A stretch of DNA of 36,830 nt, taken from the sequence record SRR20825019_3015, one strand, 5' to 3'. Below the pieces are notes generated by a model. It saw only the letters and a program-made list of their open reading frames with translations. It did not search any database and had not been told where the DNA came from. Below, piece by piece: positions 8,881-17,426 of this stretch (the stretch's first letter is position 1; the number at the start of each line of letters is the position of its first letter). The position numbers and the translations under genes are program-made.

Positions 8881-8920
8881 TCTTTTTATATAAGTCGGCA
8901 TTTATTTAAATTCTTACAAT

Positions 8921-8958
8921 ATTGGAAATAATCCAATTTATAGTATGGAATATTTCCA
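8921..8958. promoter_or_regulatory. Two GGA-N5-TCC palindromes (Bacteroidota SOS/LexA-like boxes)
   Basis: ATTGGA-AATAA-TCCAAT at 8921-8937 and TGGA-ATATT-TCCA at 8946-8958. Confidence 0.75.
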
Positions 8959-8976
8959 AGTTATGATTTTATGAAT

Positions 8977-8984
8977 TATATTTG
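8977..8984 (+). promoter_or_regulatory. -7 promoter element of the radical SAM operon
   Basis: TATATTTG, 18 nt before ATG 9003. Confidence 0.7.
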
Positions 8985-9002
8985 TGTATAAAATAGAGGT
9001 AC

Positions 9003-10265
9003 ATGTCTTTTGATCGACTTAAAGAAAAATTAAATATTCTGGCAGATGCTGCAAAGTATGATGTCTCTTGTTCTTCCAGCGGAAGCAATAGGACTAATAA
9101 AAACAAAGGTTTAGGAAATGCATCTGCTTCAGGAATATGTCACACATATACAGAAGATGGCCGTTGCGTATCATTATTAAAGATATTACTTACCAATCAC
9201 TGTATTTTCGATTGTGCGTATTGTGTAACTAGAAAGAGTAACGATATAAAACGAGCAGCATTTAAAGTACAAGAAGTGGTAGATCTTACCATAAATTTTT
9301 ACAGGCGTAACTACATAGAAGGATTATTTCTTAGTAGCGGCATTTTTAAAAATGCAGATTACACTATGGAGCGTTTGGTTGCTGTAGCAAAGAAATTAAG
9401 GTTGGAAGAAAACTTTAATGGTTACATACACCTAAAATCTATTCCAGGAGCATCAGACGAGTTAATGCGCGAAGCCGGTTTGTATGCAGACAGGCTAAGT
9501 GTGAATATAGAAATTCCTACGACAAGCGGCTTAAAGTTATTGGCACCAGATAAAAAACGCGAAGATTTTATAAAACCAATGGCAAAGGTTAAAAATGAGA
9601 TCATTCAATATAAAGAAGAAAAGAAGCTTATAAAAAGCACACCTAAATATGCGCCAGCAGGACAAAGTACACAAATGATTATTGGTGCGAGTGGTGAGAC
9701 AGATAAGGATATTATGTATGCGTCTAATTACTTCTATAAAAATTTTAACCTTAAGCGGGTGTACTATTCTGGCTATGTGCCAATAAGTTATGATAGCCGT
9801 TTGCCACAGATAGGTGCAGAAGTCCCAATGCTTAGGGAAAATAGACTTTATCAAACAGATTGGTTATTGCGTTTTTATGGGTTTGATATTACTGAAATTT
9901 TAAATGAACATCATATGAATTTAGATTTAGATATAGATCCAAAATTAAGTTGGGCACTTAGGAATATGAATGAGTTTCCTATTGACATAAATAAAGCAGA
10001 TGGCAGGATGTTAGCCAGAATTCCTGGTTTAGGAATGCGTAGCGTATATAAAATACTTAAGGCTAGAAAGTTTAGAGCGCTTAATTGGGATCATCTCAAA
10101 AAAATTGGGGTAGCACTAAATAGAGCACAATACTTTATTACTTGCGATTCTAAAGATTTTGAAACGAGAGACCTTACTCCAGAGCGTATTAAAGGCTATA
10201 TATTACAAAACTCTAAAACTAAATTTAATAGTGCTAGGCAAGCACAATTAAGCCTATTCTCATGA
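9003..10265 (+). CDS. Putative DNA modification/repair radical SAM protein (TIGR03916-like)
   Basis: AAKYDVSCSSSG, GICH, CIFDCAYC (CxxxCxxC), PAGQSTQ, RENRLYQ and an HhH-like RIPGLG. Confidence 0.92.
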   Translation: MSFDRLKEKLNILADAAKYDVSCSSSGSNRTNKNKGLGNASASGICHTYTEDGRCVSLLKILLTNHCIFDCAYCVTRKSNDIKRAAFKVQEVVDLTINFYRRNYIEGLFLSSGIFKNADYTMERLVAVAKKLRLEENFNGYIHLKSIPGASDELMREAGLYADRLSVNIEIPTTSGLKLLAPDKKREDFIKPMAKVKNEIIQYKEEKKLIKSTPKYAPAGQSTQMIIGASGETDKDIMYASNYFYKNFNLKRVYYSGYVPISYDSRLPQIGAEVPMLRENRLYQTDWLLRFYGFDITEILNEHHMNLDLDIDPKLSWALRNMNEFPIDINKADGRMLARIPGLGMRSVYKILKARKFRALNWDHLKKIGVALNRAQYFITCDSKDFETRDLTPERIKGYILQNSKTKFNSARQAQLSLFS

Positions 10266-11038
10266 CAACACGTTTCACACTAAATTACGATGGCACTTTT
10301 GATGGCTTCTTAACGTGTGTGTTTGAAGTGTATGAAAAGAAAATTAAAATATTTAATATCCAGAATATTGCAGTGGCGCAAGATTCTTTGTTTGCGCAAA
10401 GTTATGCTGTACAGACAGAAGAGGTAAAAGCTAATCGTGTATGGTCTTCTTTAAAAAAACGCTTAACACCGCAAGCCTGCCACCAACTATATTGTGCATT
10501 TTTAAGTGAGCGTACAGGCATAGAAGATGTAATGTTACGCTACATACAAAAGTCTTTAAAAAGTAAAAGAAGTATAGCTACAGATTTTTCTGATGATGAT
10601 GTTTTAAAAGTAGCGCAACTAGCTAAAATGGTAAATAGGGAAAAGCACCGTATGGAAGCTTTTATTAGATTCCGGCTTACCAAAAACGGCGTATATTTTG
10701 CCAATTGTGATCCAGATTTTAATGTACTCCCATTAATACGTAAGCATTTTTTAAAACGCTACGCAGATCAGCAATGGATTATATACGATTTAAAGAGAGA
10801 TTATGGTCTGTATTATAATCTGCATAAAGTAGATATTGTAAACTTTCAGTTTGATAAAAACTTTGATCCCACTAAAACATCTTCAGATATGTTTGATGAA
10901 GATGAGTTGGTTTTTCAAACCTTATGGCGCGATTATTTTAAAAGCACCAATATTAAATCTCGCAAAAACATGAGGTTACATATTCAACATGTACCTAAGC
11001 GATATTGGAAGTATTTAAGTGAAAAATTACCTGAGTAG
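10262..11038 (+). CDS. TIGR03915/DUF4130-family putative DNA repair protein
   Basis: YDGTFDGFLT, REKHRMEAFIRF, RYADQQWIIYD, LWRDYF, PKRYWKYL; ATGA overlap with the radical SAM gene. Confidence 0.9.
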   Translation: MTTRFTLNYDGTFDGFLTCVFEVYEKKIKIFNIQNIAVAQDSLFAQSYAVQTEEVKANRVWSSLKKRLTPQACHQLYCAFLSERTGIEDVMLRYIQKSLKSKRSIATDFSDDDVLKVAQLAKMVNREKHRMEAFIRFRLTKNGVYFANCDPDFNVLPLIRKHFLKRYADQQWIIYDLKRDYGLYYNLHKVDIVNFQFDKNFDPTKTSSDMFDEDELVFQTLWRDYFKSTNIKSRKNMRLHIQHVPKRYWKYLSEKLPE

Positions 11039-11044
11039 GAAAAT

Positions 11045-11644
11045 CTATTTATGAGGTACGCCTTTTACGGGTATATATCTTAAGAACCACATTTTTTCGC
11101 CATCTGGTTGTACCCATTCGTGAAACATATCAAATCCATAACGGCGATATACTATCACTACTTTACGTTTTCTGGTTTCGGCATATAATGGTAATTGTAA
11201 TTTGTCTGCAACGTCCATCATTTTATCTTTCATTTCTTTTGCCGTTTGGGTTTCGTCTCCAAAACCTCTTGTATCTGGTAAGATACCCCAAAACCAACAG
11301 TATAAATAATCACCTTCTAACGGGCGTTGAGCTTTAATGTACTTTTGTTTCTTTAAAATTTTAAGTGCATTTTTTATGCCTGTTACGTGGCGTACCAATG
11401 CCAATTCTTTAGGAAGATCTTTCCAGAAGTTTTCTTCTTTAGCGTTAGTCTTAAAGAGAATAGCAGTACCAGCGCCATTTTCTGAAACTATAAGTGCGTC
11501 TTTAGCTATGGCTTTTTCGACCATGTGCGTTGCTAGGTAATGAAAGCGTTTATCACGGTTTCCACCTTTCTTAACAATTTCCTGTGCGCTAGGCGTATCT
11601 TTTAACGTTGTAGCAACGTTTTCAATAATTTGAGCTTTGTTCAA
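11045..11644 (-). CDS. Probable GNAT-fold acetyltransferase
   Basis: YLYCWFWGILPDTRG, LPLYAET, YRRYGF pattern; TTG start; TATCTTTG at 11668-11661. Confidence 0.65.
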   Translation of the reverse strand: MNKAQIIENVATTLKDTPSAQEIVKKGGNRDKRFHYLATHMVEKAIAKDALIVSENGAGTAILFKTNAKEENFWKDLPKELALVRHVTGIKNALKILKKQKYIKAQRPLEGDYLYCWFWGILPDTRGFGDETQTAKEMKDKMMDVADKLQLPLYAETRKRKVVIVYRRYGFDMFHEWVQPDGEKMWFLRYIPVKGVPHK

Positions 11645-11721
11645 TGCAGATAAATTTCGACAAAGATAAAAAAATAGTTATCCTAAAGATTGTATATTTA
11701 AAATCCGAATAAAATTAAGCC

Positions 11722-12600
11722 ATGAGACAAATTTCTGCAGACCAATTTAAGATTACAAATTCAACTACTTTAAAAGAGCATTCAACTAAAATAGACTTGC
11801 AAGCAGATGAGGATACAGTTAAGGATGCTTTAAAAGATGTTCGTAAAGATTTGGGAGATTGGCAGGATACGCTTTATGCTCATGATAAGTATGCTGTGCT
11901 AGTTTGCTTACAAGGAATGGATACTTCTGGAAAAGACAGTTTAATAAGAGAAGTTTTTAAAGATTTTAATGTAAGAGGTGTTGAGGTGCATAGTTTTAAG
12001 GTACCTACAGATTTAGAGCGAGATCATGATTACCTTTGGCGTCATTATTTGGCGTTGCCAGCACGAGGAAAATTTGGTGTTCATAACAGGACACACTATG
12101 AAAATGTTTTGGTTACACGAGTACATCCAGAATATATTTTGGGAGAACAGCTACCTAATGTAACTTCTTTAAGTGATGTAAATGATAAGTTTTGGGATAA
12201 GCGCTTTAAACAAATAAATAATTTTGAAGAACATCTTGCAGAAAATGGAACTTTAATCTTTAAGTTTTTTCTTAACCTCTCTAAAGAAGAACAAAAACAC
12301 AGACTCCTAAGACGTTTAAACAAAAAGAGTAAGAACTGGAAATTTTCACCAGGAGATCTTAAGGAGCGTAAACTTTGGGACAATTATATGGATTGTTATG
12401 AAGATGCTATAAACAGAACATCTAAACCACACGCACCTTGGTATATAATACCAGCAGATGATAAACCAACGGCACGTTATTTGGTTGCTAAAATATTACA
12501 CGACAGCTTAACACAACTTGAAGATGTTGTTGAGCCAGAATTAGATTCCGAAATTAAAGCTGAAATAGATAGTTATAAAGCAGAATTAAATAACGAATAA
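11722..12600 (+). CDS. ppk2: Polyphosphate kinase 2 family (class III-like) polyP:nucleotide phosphotransferase
   Basis: QGMDTSGKD Walker A, HDYLWR, NRTHYE, KNWKF, APWYIIPADDK. Confidence 0.92.
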   Translation: MRQISADQFKITNSTTLKEHSTKIDLQADEDTVKDALKDVRKDLGDWQDTLYAHDKYAVLVCLQGMDTSGKDSLIREVFKDFNVRGVEVHSFKVPTDLERDHDYLWRHYLALPARGKFGVHNRTHYENVLVTRVHPEYILGEQLPNVTSLSDVNDKFWDKRFKQINNFEEHLAENGTLIFKFFLNLSKEEQKHRLLRRLNKKSKNWKFSPGDLKERKLWDNYMDCYEDAINRTSKPHAPWYIIPADDKPTARYLVAKILHDSLTQLEDVVEPELDSEIKAEIDSYKAELNNE

Positions 12601-12665
12601 ATCCTATTACAACTGTAACAACAGTTTAAAACTACCGTAATTAACGTATAAACGTAACACATACA

Positions 12666-14084
12666 ATGAAATATATTACCTTTTTACTTGCCCTAGTAAT
12701 CTCTCTAACCACATTCGCACAAAATACATCTGCAGAAAATGATTCTTTAGCTTTACGTAAGCTTTATGATATGTCTTTGCTTAATGGCAAAAGTTATGAG
12801 TGGCTAGACCATTTATCTAATCAAATAGGAGGTAGGTTATCTGGATCTATACAAGCAGAACAAGCAGTGCAATACACTAAAAAAGAATTAGAAAAATTAG
12901 GTTTAGACAAGGTATGGTTACAACCAGTAATGGTTCCAAAATGGACAAGAGGTACTAAAGAATACGCTTATATAGAAACTAAGCCTGGCGAGAGTAAAAC
13001 AGTAAACATCTGTGCGCTTGGTGGTTCTGTGCCAACACCAGTAAATGGATTAAAAGCTGAGGTTATCGAAGTGCAAGGTCTAGAAGATTTAGCAGAATAT
13101 GGTAAAGAGCAGATAGAAGGTAAGATTGTATTTTATAACAGACCAATGCGCGCCAACCTTATACAGACGTTTGAAGCTTATGGAGGTTGTGTAGACCAAC
13201 GTTATGCAGGTGCTGCAGAAGCTGCTAAATATGGAGCCGTAGGTGTTATTGTGCGCTCTATGAATTTGCGCTTAGATGATTATCCACATACTGGATCTAT
13301 GAGCTATTTAGATACCCCAAAAGATAATAGGATTCCTTCTGCTGCAATTTCAACTAATGATGCTGAATATTTGAGCAGCCTTTTAAAATTAACGCCAGAT
13401 GCTAAATTCTTTTTTAAGATGAGCTGCAGAACGTTTGATGATGTACAATCTCATAACGTTATAGGAGAAATTACAGGAAGTGAGTTTCCTAATGAAATAA
13501 TTGTAGTAGGAGGTCACTTAGATTCTTGGGATTTGGGTGATGGTTCACACGATGATGGTGCTGGCGTTGTGCAATCTATGGAAGTGTTACGATTATTAAA
13601 AGAGTCTAACATTACACCAAAACGAACTATTAGAGTTGTATTGTTTATGAATGAAGAAAATGGGTTACGTGGCGGAAACAAATATGCAGATGTTGCAAAA
13701 CAGAAAAACGAAAATCACATTTTTGCATTAGAAAGTGATGCTGGCGGATTTACACCACGTGGATTTTCATTTGATTGTACAGATGCTCAATTTAAACAAG
13801 TAGAAGCTTGGAAGCCATTATTTAAACCTTATTTAATTCACTTTTTCGAGCAAGGTGGAAGCGGAGCAGATATAGGACCTCTTAAAAACGGAAACTCTGT
13901 ATTGGCTGGATTACGCCCAGACTCACAACGTTATTTTGATTACCATCACGCTGCAAATGATACATTTGAGGCAGTTAATAAACGTGAACTAGAGTTAGGT
14001 GCAGCAACTATGACAAGCTTGGTATATTTATATGATACGTATGGTGTAGAAGGTTTTCCTACAAAGATGCCTTTTAAGAATTAA
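12666..14084 (+). CDS. Secreted M28-family peptidase with PA domain (carboxypeptidase Q-like)
   Basis: Signal peptide; GGHLDSWD, HDDGAG, NEENGL, ESD and YHH zinc motifs. Confidence 0.9.
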   Translation: MKYITFLLALVISLTTFAQNTSAENDSLALRKLYDMSLLNGKSYEWLDHLSNQIGGRLSGSIQAEQAVQYTKKELEKLGLDKVWLQPVMVPKWTRGTKEYAYIETKPGESKTVNICALGGSVPTPVNGLKAEVIEVQGLEDLAEYGKEQIEGKIVFYNRPMRANLIQTFEAYGGCVDQRYAGAAEAAKYGAVGVIVRSMNLRLDDYPHTGSMSYLDTPKDNRIPSAAISTNDAEYLSSLLKLTPDAKFFFKMSCRTFDDVQSHNVIGEITGSEFPNEIIVVGGHLDSWDLGDGSHDDGAGVVQSMEVLRLLKESNITPKRTIRVVLFMNEENGLRGGNKYADVAKQKNENHIFALESDAGGFTPRGFSFDCTDAQFKQVEAWKPLFKPYLIHFFEQGGSGADIGPLKNGNSVLAGLRPDSQRYFDYHHAANDTFEAVNKRELELGAATMTSLVYLYDTYGVEGFPTKMPFKN

Positions 14085-14089
14085 TTAAA

Positions 14090-14557
14090 TTATTCTTCAA
14101 ACTCACCATACAGTTCATTTAACTTGTCATATCTATATTTAAAAATTTCCTCTAATTTAGGTTTTACTAAAAATGGATGCACAAGTTGTCCTAACCAACC
14201 AAACGGTACTTTATAATCTACAATATCTTCCATTTCAACACCACCATCTATCTCTTTAATAAAGTGCTTGTGATGCCATAATGCGTAGGGACCAAAACGT
14301 TGTTCATCAACAAAATAAGATTTGTCTTTTACGTGGGTAATCTCTGTTACCCATTTGGTTTTAATTCCTAAAACTGGAGTTACTATATATTGTATTATTT
14401 GTCCTGGATACATAGGCCTGTCTGCACCACTCAAAATATGAAACCCCATATAGTCTGGAGTAATTAATTTTAGGTTTTTAGGATTAGCCAGTAATTCCCA
14501 AGCTTCATCAATTGTAATAGGTAATTTTTGAAATCTATGTAGTCTATATATCTTCAT
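14090..14557 (-). CDS. SRPBCC/START-family protein
   Basis: NPKNLKLITP, WVTEIT, FVDEQRFGPY, WHHKH; TATCTTTG at 14569-14562. Confidence 0.85.
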   Translation of the reverse strand: MKIYRLHRFQKLPITIDEAWELLANPKNLKLITPDYMGFHILSGADRPMYPGQIIQYIVTPVLGIKTKWVTEITHVKDKSYFVDEQRFGPYALWHHKHFIKEIDGGVEMEDIVDYKVPFGWLGQLVHPFLVKPKLEEIFKYRYDKLNELYGEFEE

Positions 14558-14720
14558 ATCACAAAGATAACATATTGTTTAATCATTTATTAAAAATAAT
14601 AAACAAAGTTAATAATCACTCAGTGATAAGATTATTTTAATTCAATTCCTTTTAAGATTTTGTTAACATTTCAAGGTGCTTAATAATAGTACTTTAGAGG
14701 GCAACTAAAAATTACATTTT

Positions 14721-15566
14721 ATGAAACGTATAGTATTATTTATGAGTGCTTTAGCATTGTCTGTAGCTACTCAAGCACAAATTAAAACACCAGCACCAAG
14801 TCCTGCAGCAAAAGTAATGCAGACTGTAGGTCTTACAGATATGACAGTTGAGTATTCAAGACCAGCAATGAGAGATCGTGAAATTTTCGGAAATCTTGTA
14901 CCATTTGATAACGTGTGGAGAACAGGTGCTAACGCCAACACTACAATTACATTTAGTGAAGATGTTATAGTTGGAGATGAAAAAGTTCCTGCTGGAACTT
15001 ATGCGCTTTATACTAAACCAAACGCAACAGATTGGGAGTTCTTTTTATATAGCGATACTAACAATTGGGGTGTACCACAAAAATGGGATGACGGCAAGAT
15101 AGCTGCAAAAGCTACTGCTAAAGTACAAGAAATGCCAATGGATATAGAGAGCTTTACCATTACCTTTGACGATGTCATGAGTGACTCTGTAAACCTAGGA
15201 TTATTATGGGAAAACGTGTATGTAGCCTTACCAATAAAGACACATACAGATAAGACAGTAATGGCAAATATTGAAGCTACTTTAAATGGACCATCTCCAG
15301 CAGATTATTACGCAGCAGCGGTTTATTATTCAGCTAACGATAAAGACATAAACAAAGCTCAAGATTGGATGACAAAAGCTATGAGTATGATGGAGCAGCC
15401 TGCATTTTGGCAACTGCGCCAACAATCTTTAATTTATGCAAAAGCAGGAAACAAGAAAATGGCTATTGAAACTGCTAAGAAATCTTTAGAAGGTGCTGAA
15501 AAAGCTGGAAATGCAGATTATATAAAGATGAATAAAGAGTCTTTAAAAGAATGGGGCGCTAAATAA
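14721..15566 (+). CDS. DUF2911-domain secreted protein with C-terminal TPR-like helices
   Basis: Signal peptide; PSP, YSRP, FGNLVP, VWRTGAN, AGTYALYT. Confidence 0.85.
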   Translation: MKRIVLFMSALALSVATQAQIKTPAPSPAAKVMQTVGLTDMTVEYSRPAMRDREIFGNLVPFDNVWRTGANANTTITFSEDVIVGDEKVPAGTYALYTKPNATDWEFFLYSDTNNWGVPQKWDDGKIAAKATAKVQEMPMDIESFTITFDDVMSDSVNLGLLWENVYVALPIKTHTDKTVMANIEATLNGPSPADYYAAAVYYSANDKDINKAQDWMTKAMSMMEQPAFWQLRQQSLIYAKAGNKKMAIETAKKSLEGAEKAGNADYIKMNKESLKEWGAK

Positions 15567-15588
15567 TTTAGAACCTAACCAACTATTT

Positions 15589-15622
15589 AAACTCCTCAAA
15601 CTTATGTTTCGAGGAGTTTTTT
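15589..15622. terminator. Terminator between convergent DUF2911 and symporter genes
   Basis: AAACTCCTC...GAGGAGTTT stem followed by a T run. Confidence 0.75.
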
Positions 15623-15624
15623 AT

Positions 15625-17316
15625 TTAATGTTCTTTAGCTTTAAAAGTTGTTTGCAATAGGATAGCAATTGCCATTACAATACCACAACCCAAAACATTA
15701 AGCCATAGGTAAGGCAGGTAATCCATATACCACACAAACACAATAATTGCTTGTGTAAGTATGGCAGCTACAAATGTTGCCTTGCTTTTTACATACTTCA
15801 CAAAAAAGGCGAGTAGGAAGATACCAAGAATATTTCCATAAAATATTGAACCAATAATATTTACGAGCTGTATAAGGTTGTCAAATAAATTTGCGACACA
15901 AGCCACTAATATGGCTAAAACTCCCCAACCTAATGTGAACCATTTAGAGGCTTTCACAAAATGCATGTCATTTTTTTCTGTAGTAACGTTACGCTTATAC
16001 AAATCCATTGCTGTGGTTGATGCCAATGCATTTAATTCTGATGCCGTGCTACTCATAGCTGCAGATAAAATTACAGCCAAAAGCAAGCCAATAAGACCTC
16101 TTGGAAGATTGTTTAGTATAAAATTTATAAAAACATAATCCTTGTCATTGGTTTCAATTGTAGCGTCTGCATTCGTGATTATTGTTTTTGCTTTTTCGCG
16201 TACGGCAACTTCTTCTTTATTTAATTGAGCCAATTGAGATTTTAACGCCTTGTAGTCTTCAGAACTAGTTTGATCTGAAACTTCTGCATACGCCAAACTG
16301 GTAATATTCTGTTCTGCTTGAATTGTTTTTAATTGATTTTCAAGTGCAGTGTATTCTTGTACATATTCAGAATTCTGAACAGCTTCATGCGCAGCTGGAT
16401 TAAAATTTATAGGTGATGCGTTAAATTGATAAAACACAAATACCATAACACCAACCAATAGAATAAAGAATTGCATTGGTACCTTAAGAAGACCATTAAA
16501 TAATAGTCCTAATTGGCTTTCACGAACAGATCGACCAGATAAATAGCGTTGTACTTGGCTTTGGTCTGTCCCAAAATAAGATAACATTAAAAAGGTACCT
16601 CCTAAAAATCCTGTCCAAATAGTATATCTATTACTAAGATCAAAAGAAAAATCGAGGATCTCCATTTTTCCACTTGCACCAGCAATATCTAAGGCTTTAG
16701 TAAAAGTAATATCTTCTGGTAGTTTGCTTACAATGATAAAGAAGGCAGCAAACATACCTGCAAAGATTACGGCCATTTGCTGTTTTTGTGTAATACTTAC
16801 AGCTTTAGTTCCGCCAGATACAGTATAGATAATAACAAGAACACCAATAATAATATTAAGCGTGAGTAAATCCCAACCTAATACTGCCGATAAAATTATT
16901 GCAGGAGCAAATATGGTTATACCTGCTGCTAAACCACGCTGTACAAGAAATAGTATTGCTGTAAGCGTTCTGGTTTTTTGATCGAACCTACTTTCTAAAT
17001 ATTCATAAGCCGTGTATACCTTTAAGCGATGGTAAATAGGAATAAACACCAAGCAAATAATTACCATGGCGATAGGTAAACCAAAATAAAATTGAACGAA
17101 ACCCATACCGCTATGAAATGCTTGTCCTGGTGTAGATAAAAATGTGATGGCACTTGCTTGTGTAGCCATGACAGATAAACCTATGGTCCACCATTGTGCT
17201 TCATTATTACCTTTTATATAATCTTGTACATTCTTACTGCCCTTAGTTTTATAAGCGCCATAAGCCACGATAAAAAGTAGCGTACAACATAAAATGACCC
17301 AATCTATATTCGACAT
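15625..17316 (-). CDS. Sodium:solute symporter (SSS family)
   Basis: Many TM segments; LSVMATQASAITF, YEYLESRF, GTDQSQVQRY, SAAMSS. Confidence 0.93.
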   Translation of the reverse strand: MSNIDWVILCCTLLFIVAYGAYKTKGSKNVQDYIKGNNEAQWWTIGLSVMATQASAITFLSTPGQAFHSGMGFVQFYFGLPIAMVIICLVFIPIYHRLKVYTAYEYLESRFDQKTRTLTAILFLVQRGLAAGITIFAPAIILSAVLGWDLLTLNIIIGVLVIIYTVSGGTKAVSITQKQQMAVIFAGMFAAFFIIVSKLPEDITFTKALDIAGASGKMEILDFSFDLSNRYTIWTGFLGGTFLMLSYFGTDQSQVQRYLSGRSVRESQLGLLFNGLLKVPMQFFILLVGVMVFVFYQFNASPINFNPAAHEAVQNSEYVQEYTALENQLKTIQAEQNITSLAYAEVSDQTSSEDYKALKSQLAQLNKEEVAVREKAKTIITNADATIETNDKDYVFINFILNNLPRGLIGLLLAVILSAAMSSTASELNALASTTAMDLYKRNVTTEKNDMHFVKASKWFTLGWGVLAILVACVANLFDNLIQLVNIIGSIFYGNILGIFLLAFFVKYVKSKATFVAAILTQAIIVFVWYMDYLPYLWLNVLGCGIVMAIAILLQTTFKAKEH

Positions 17317-17318
17317 AT

Positions 17319-17426
17319 CTAACTAAATTGATTCATTATAATGTAAAACAACAGGATATAGATAGCATTAGCTACTAGTATAACTGTGTAAATAGGTTTC
17401 CAAACATACTTTTCAGGTTTTTCCAT
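17319..17426 (-). CDS. 35-aa single-TM microprotein (not in ORF track)
   Basis: MEKPEKYVWKPIYTVILVANAIYILLFYIIMNQFS*; TAATG overlap with the upstream stop; ends 2 nt before the symporter ATG. Confidence 0.8.
   Translation of the reverse strand: MEKPEKYVWKPIYTVILVANAIYILLFYIIMNQFS

Noticed and set aside
8056-12383. Short track ORFs 8056-8250, 8630-8866, 9422-9604, 9537-9854, 11337-11540 and 12096-12383
   Set aside because: Overlap well-supported genes and show no recognisable motifs
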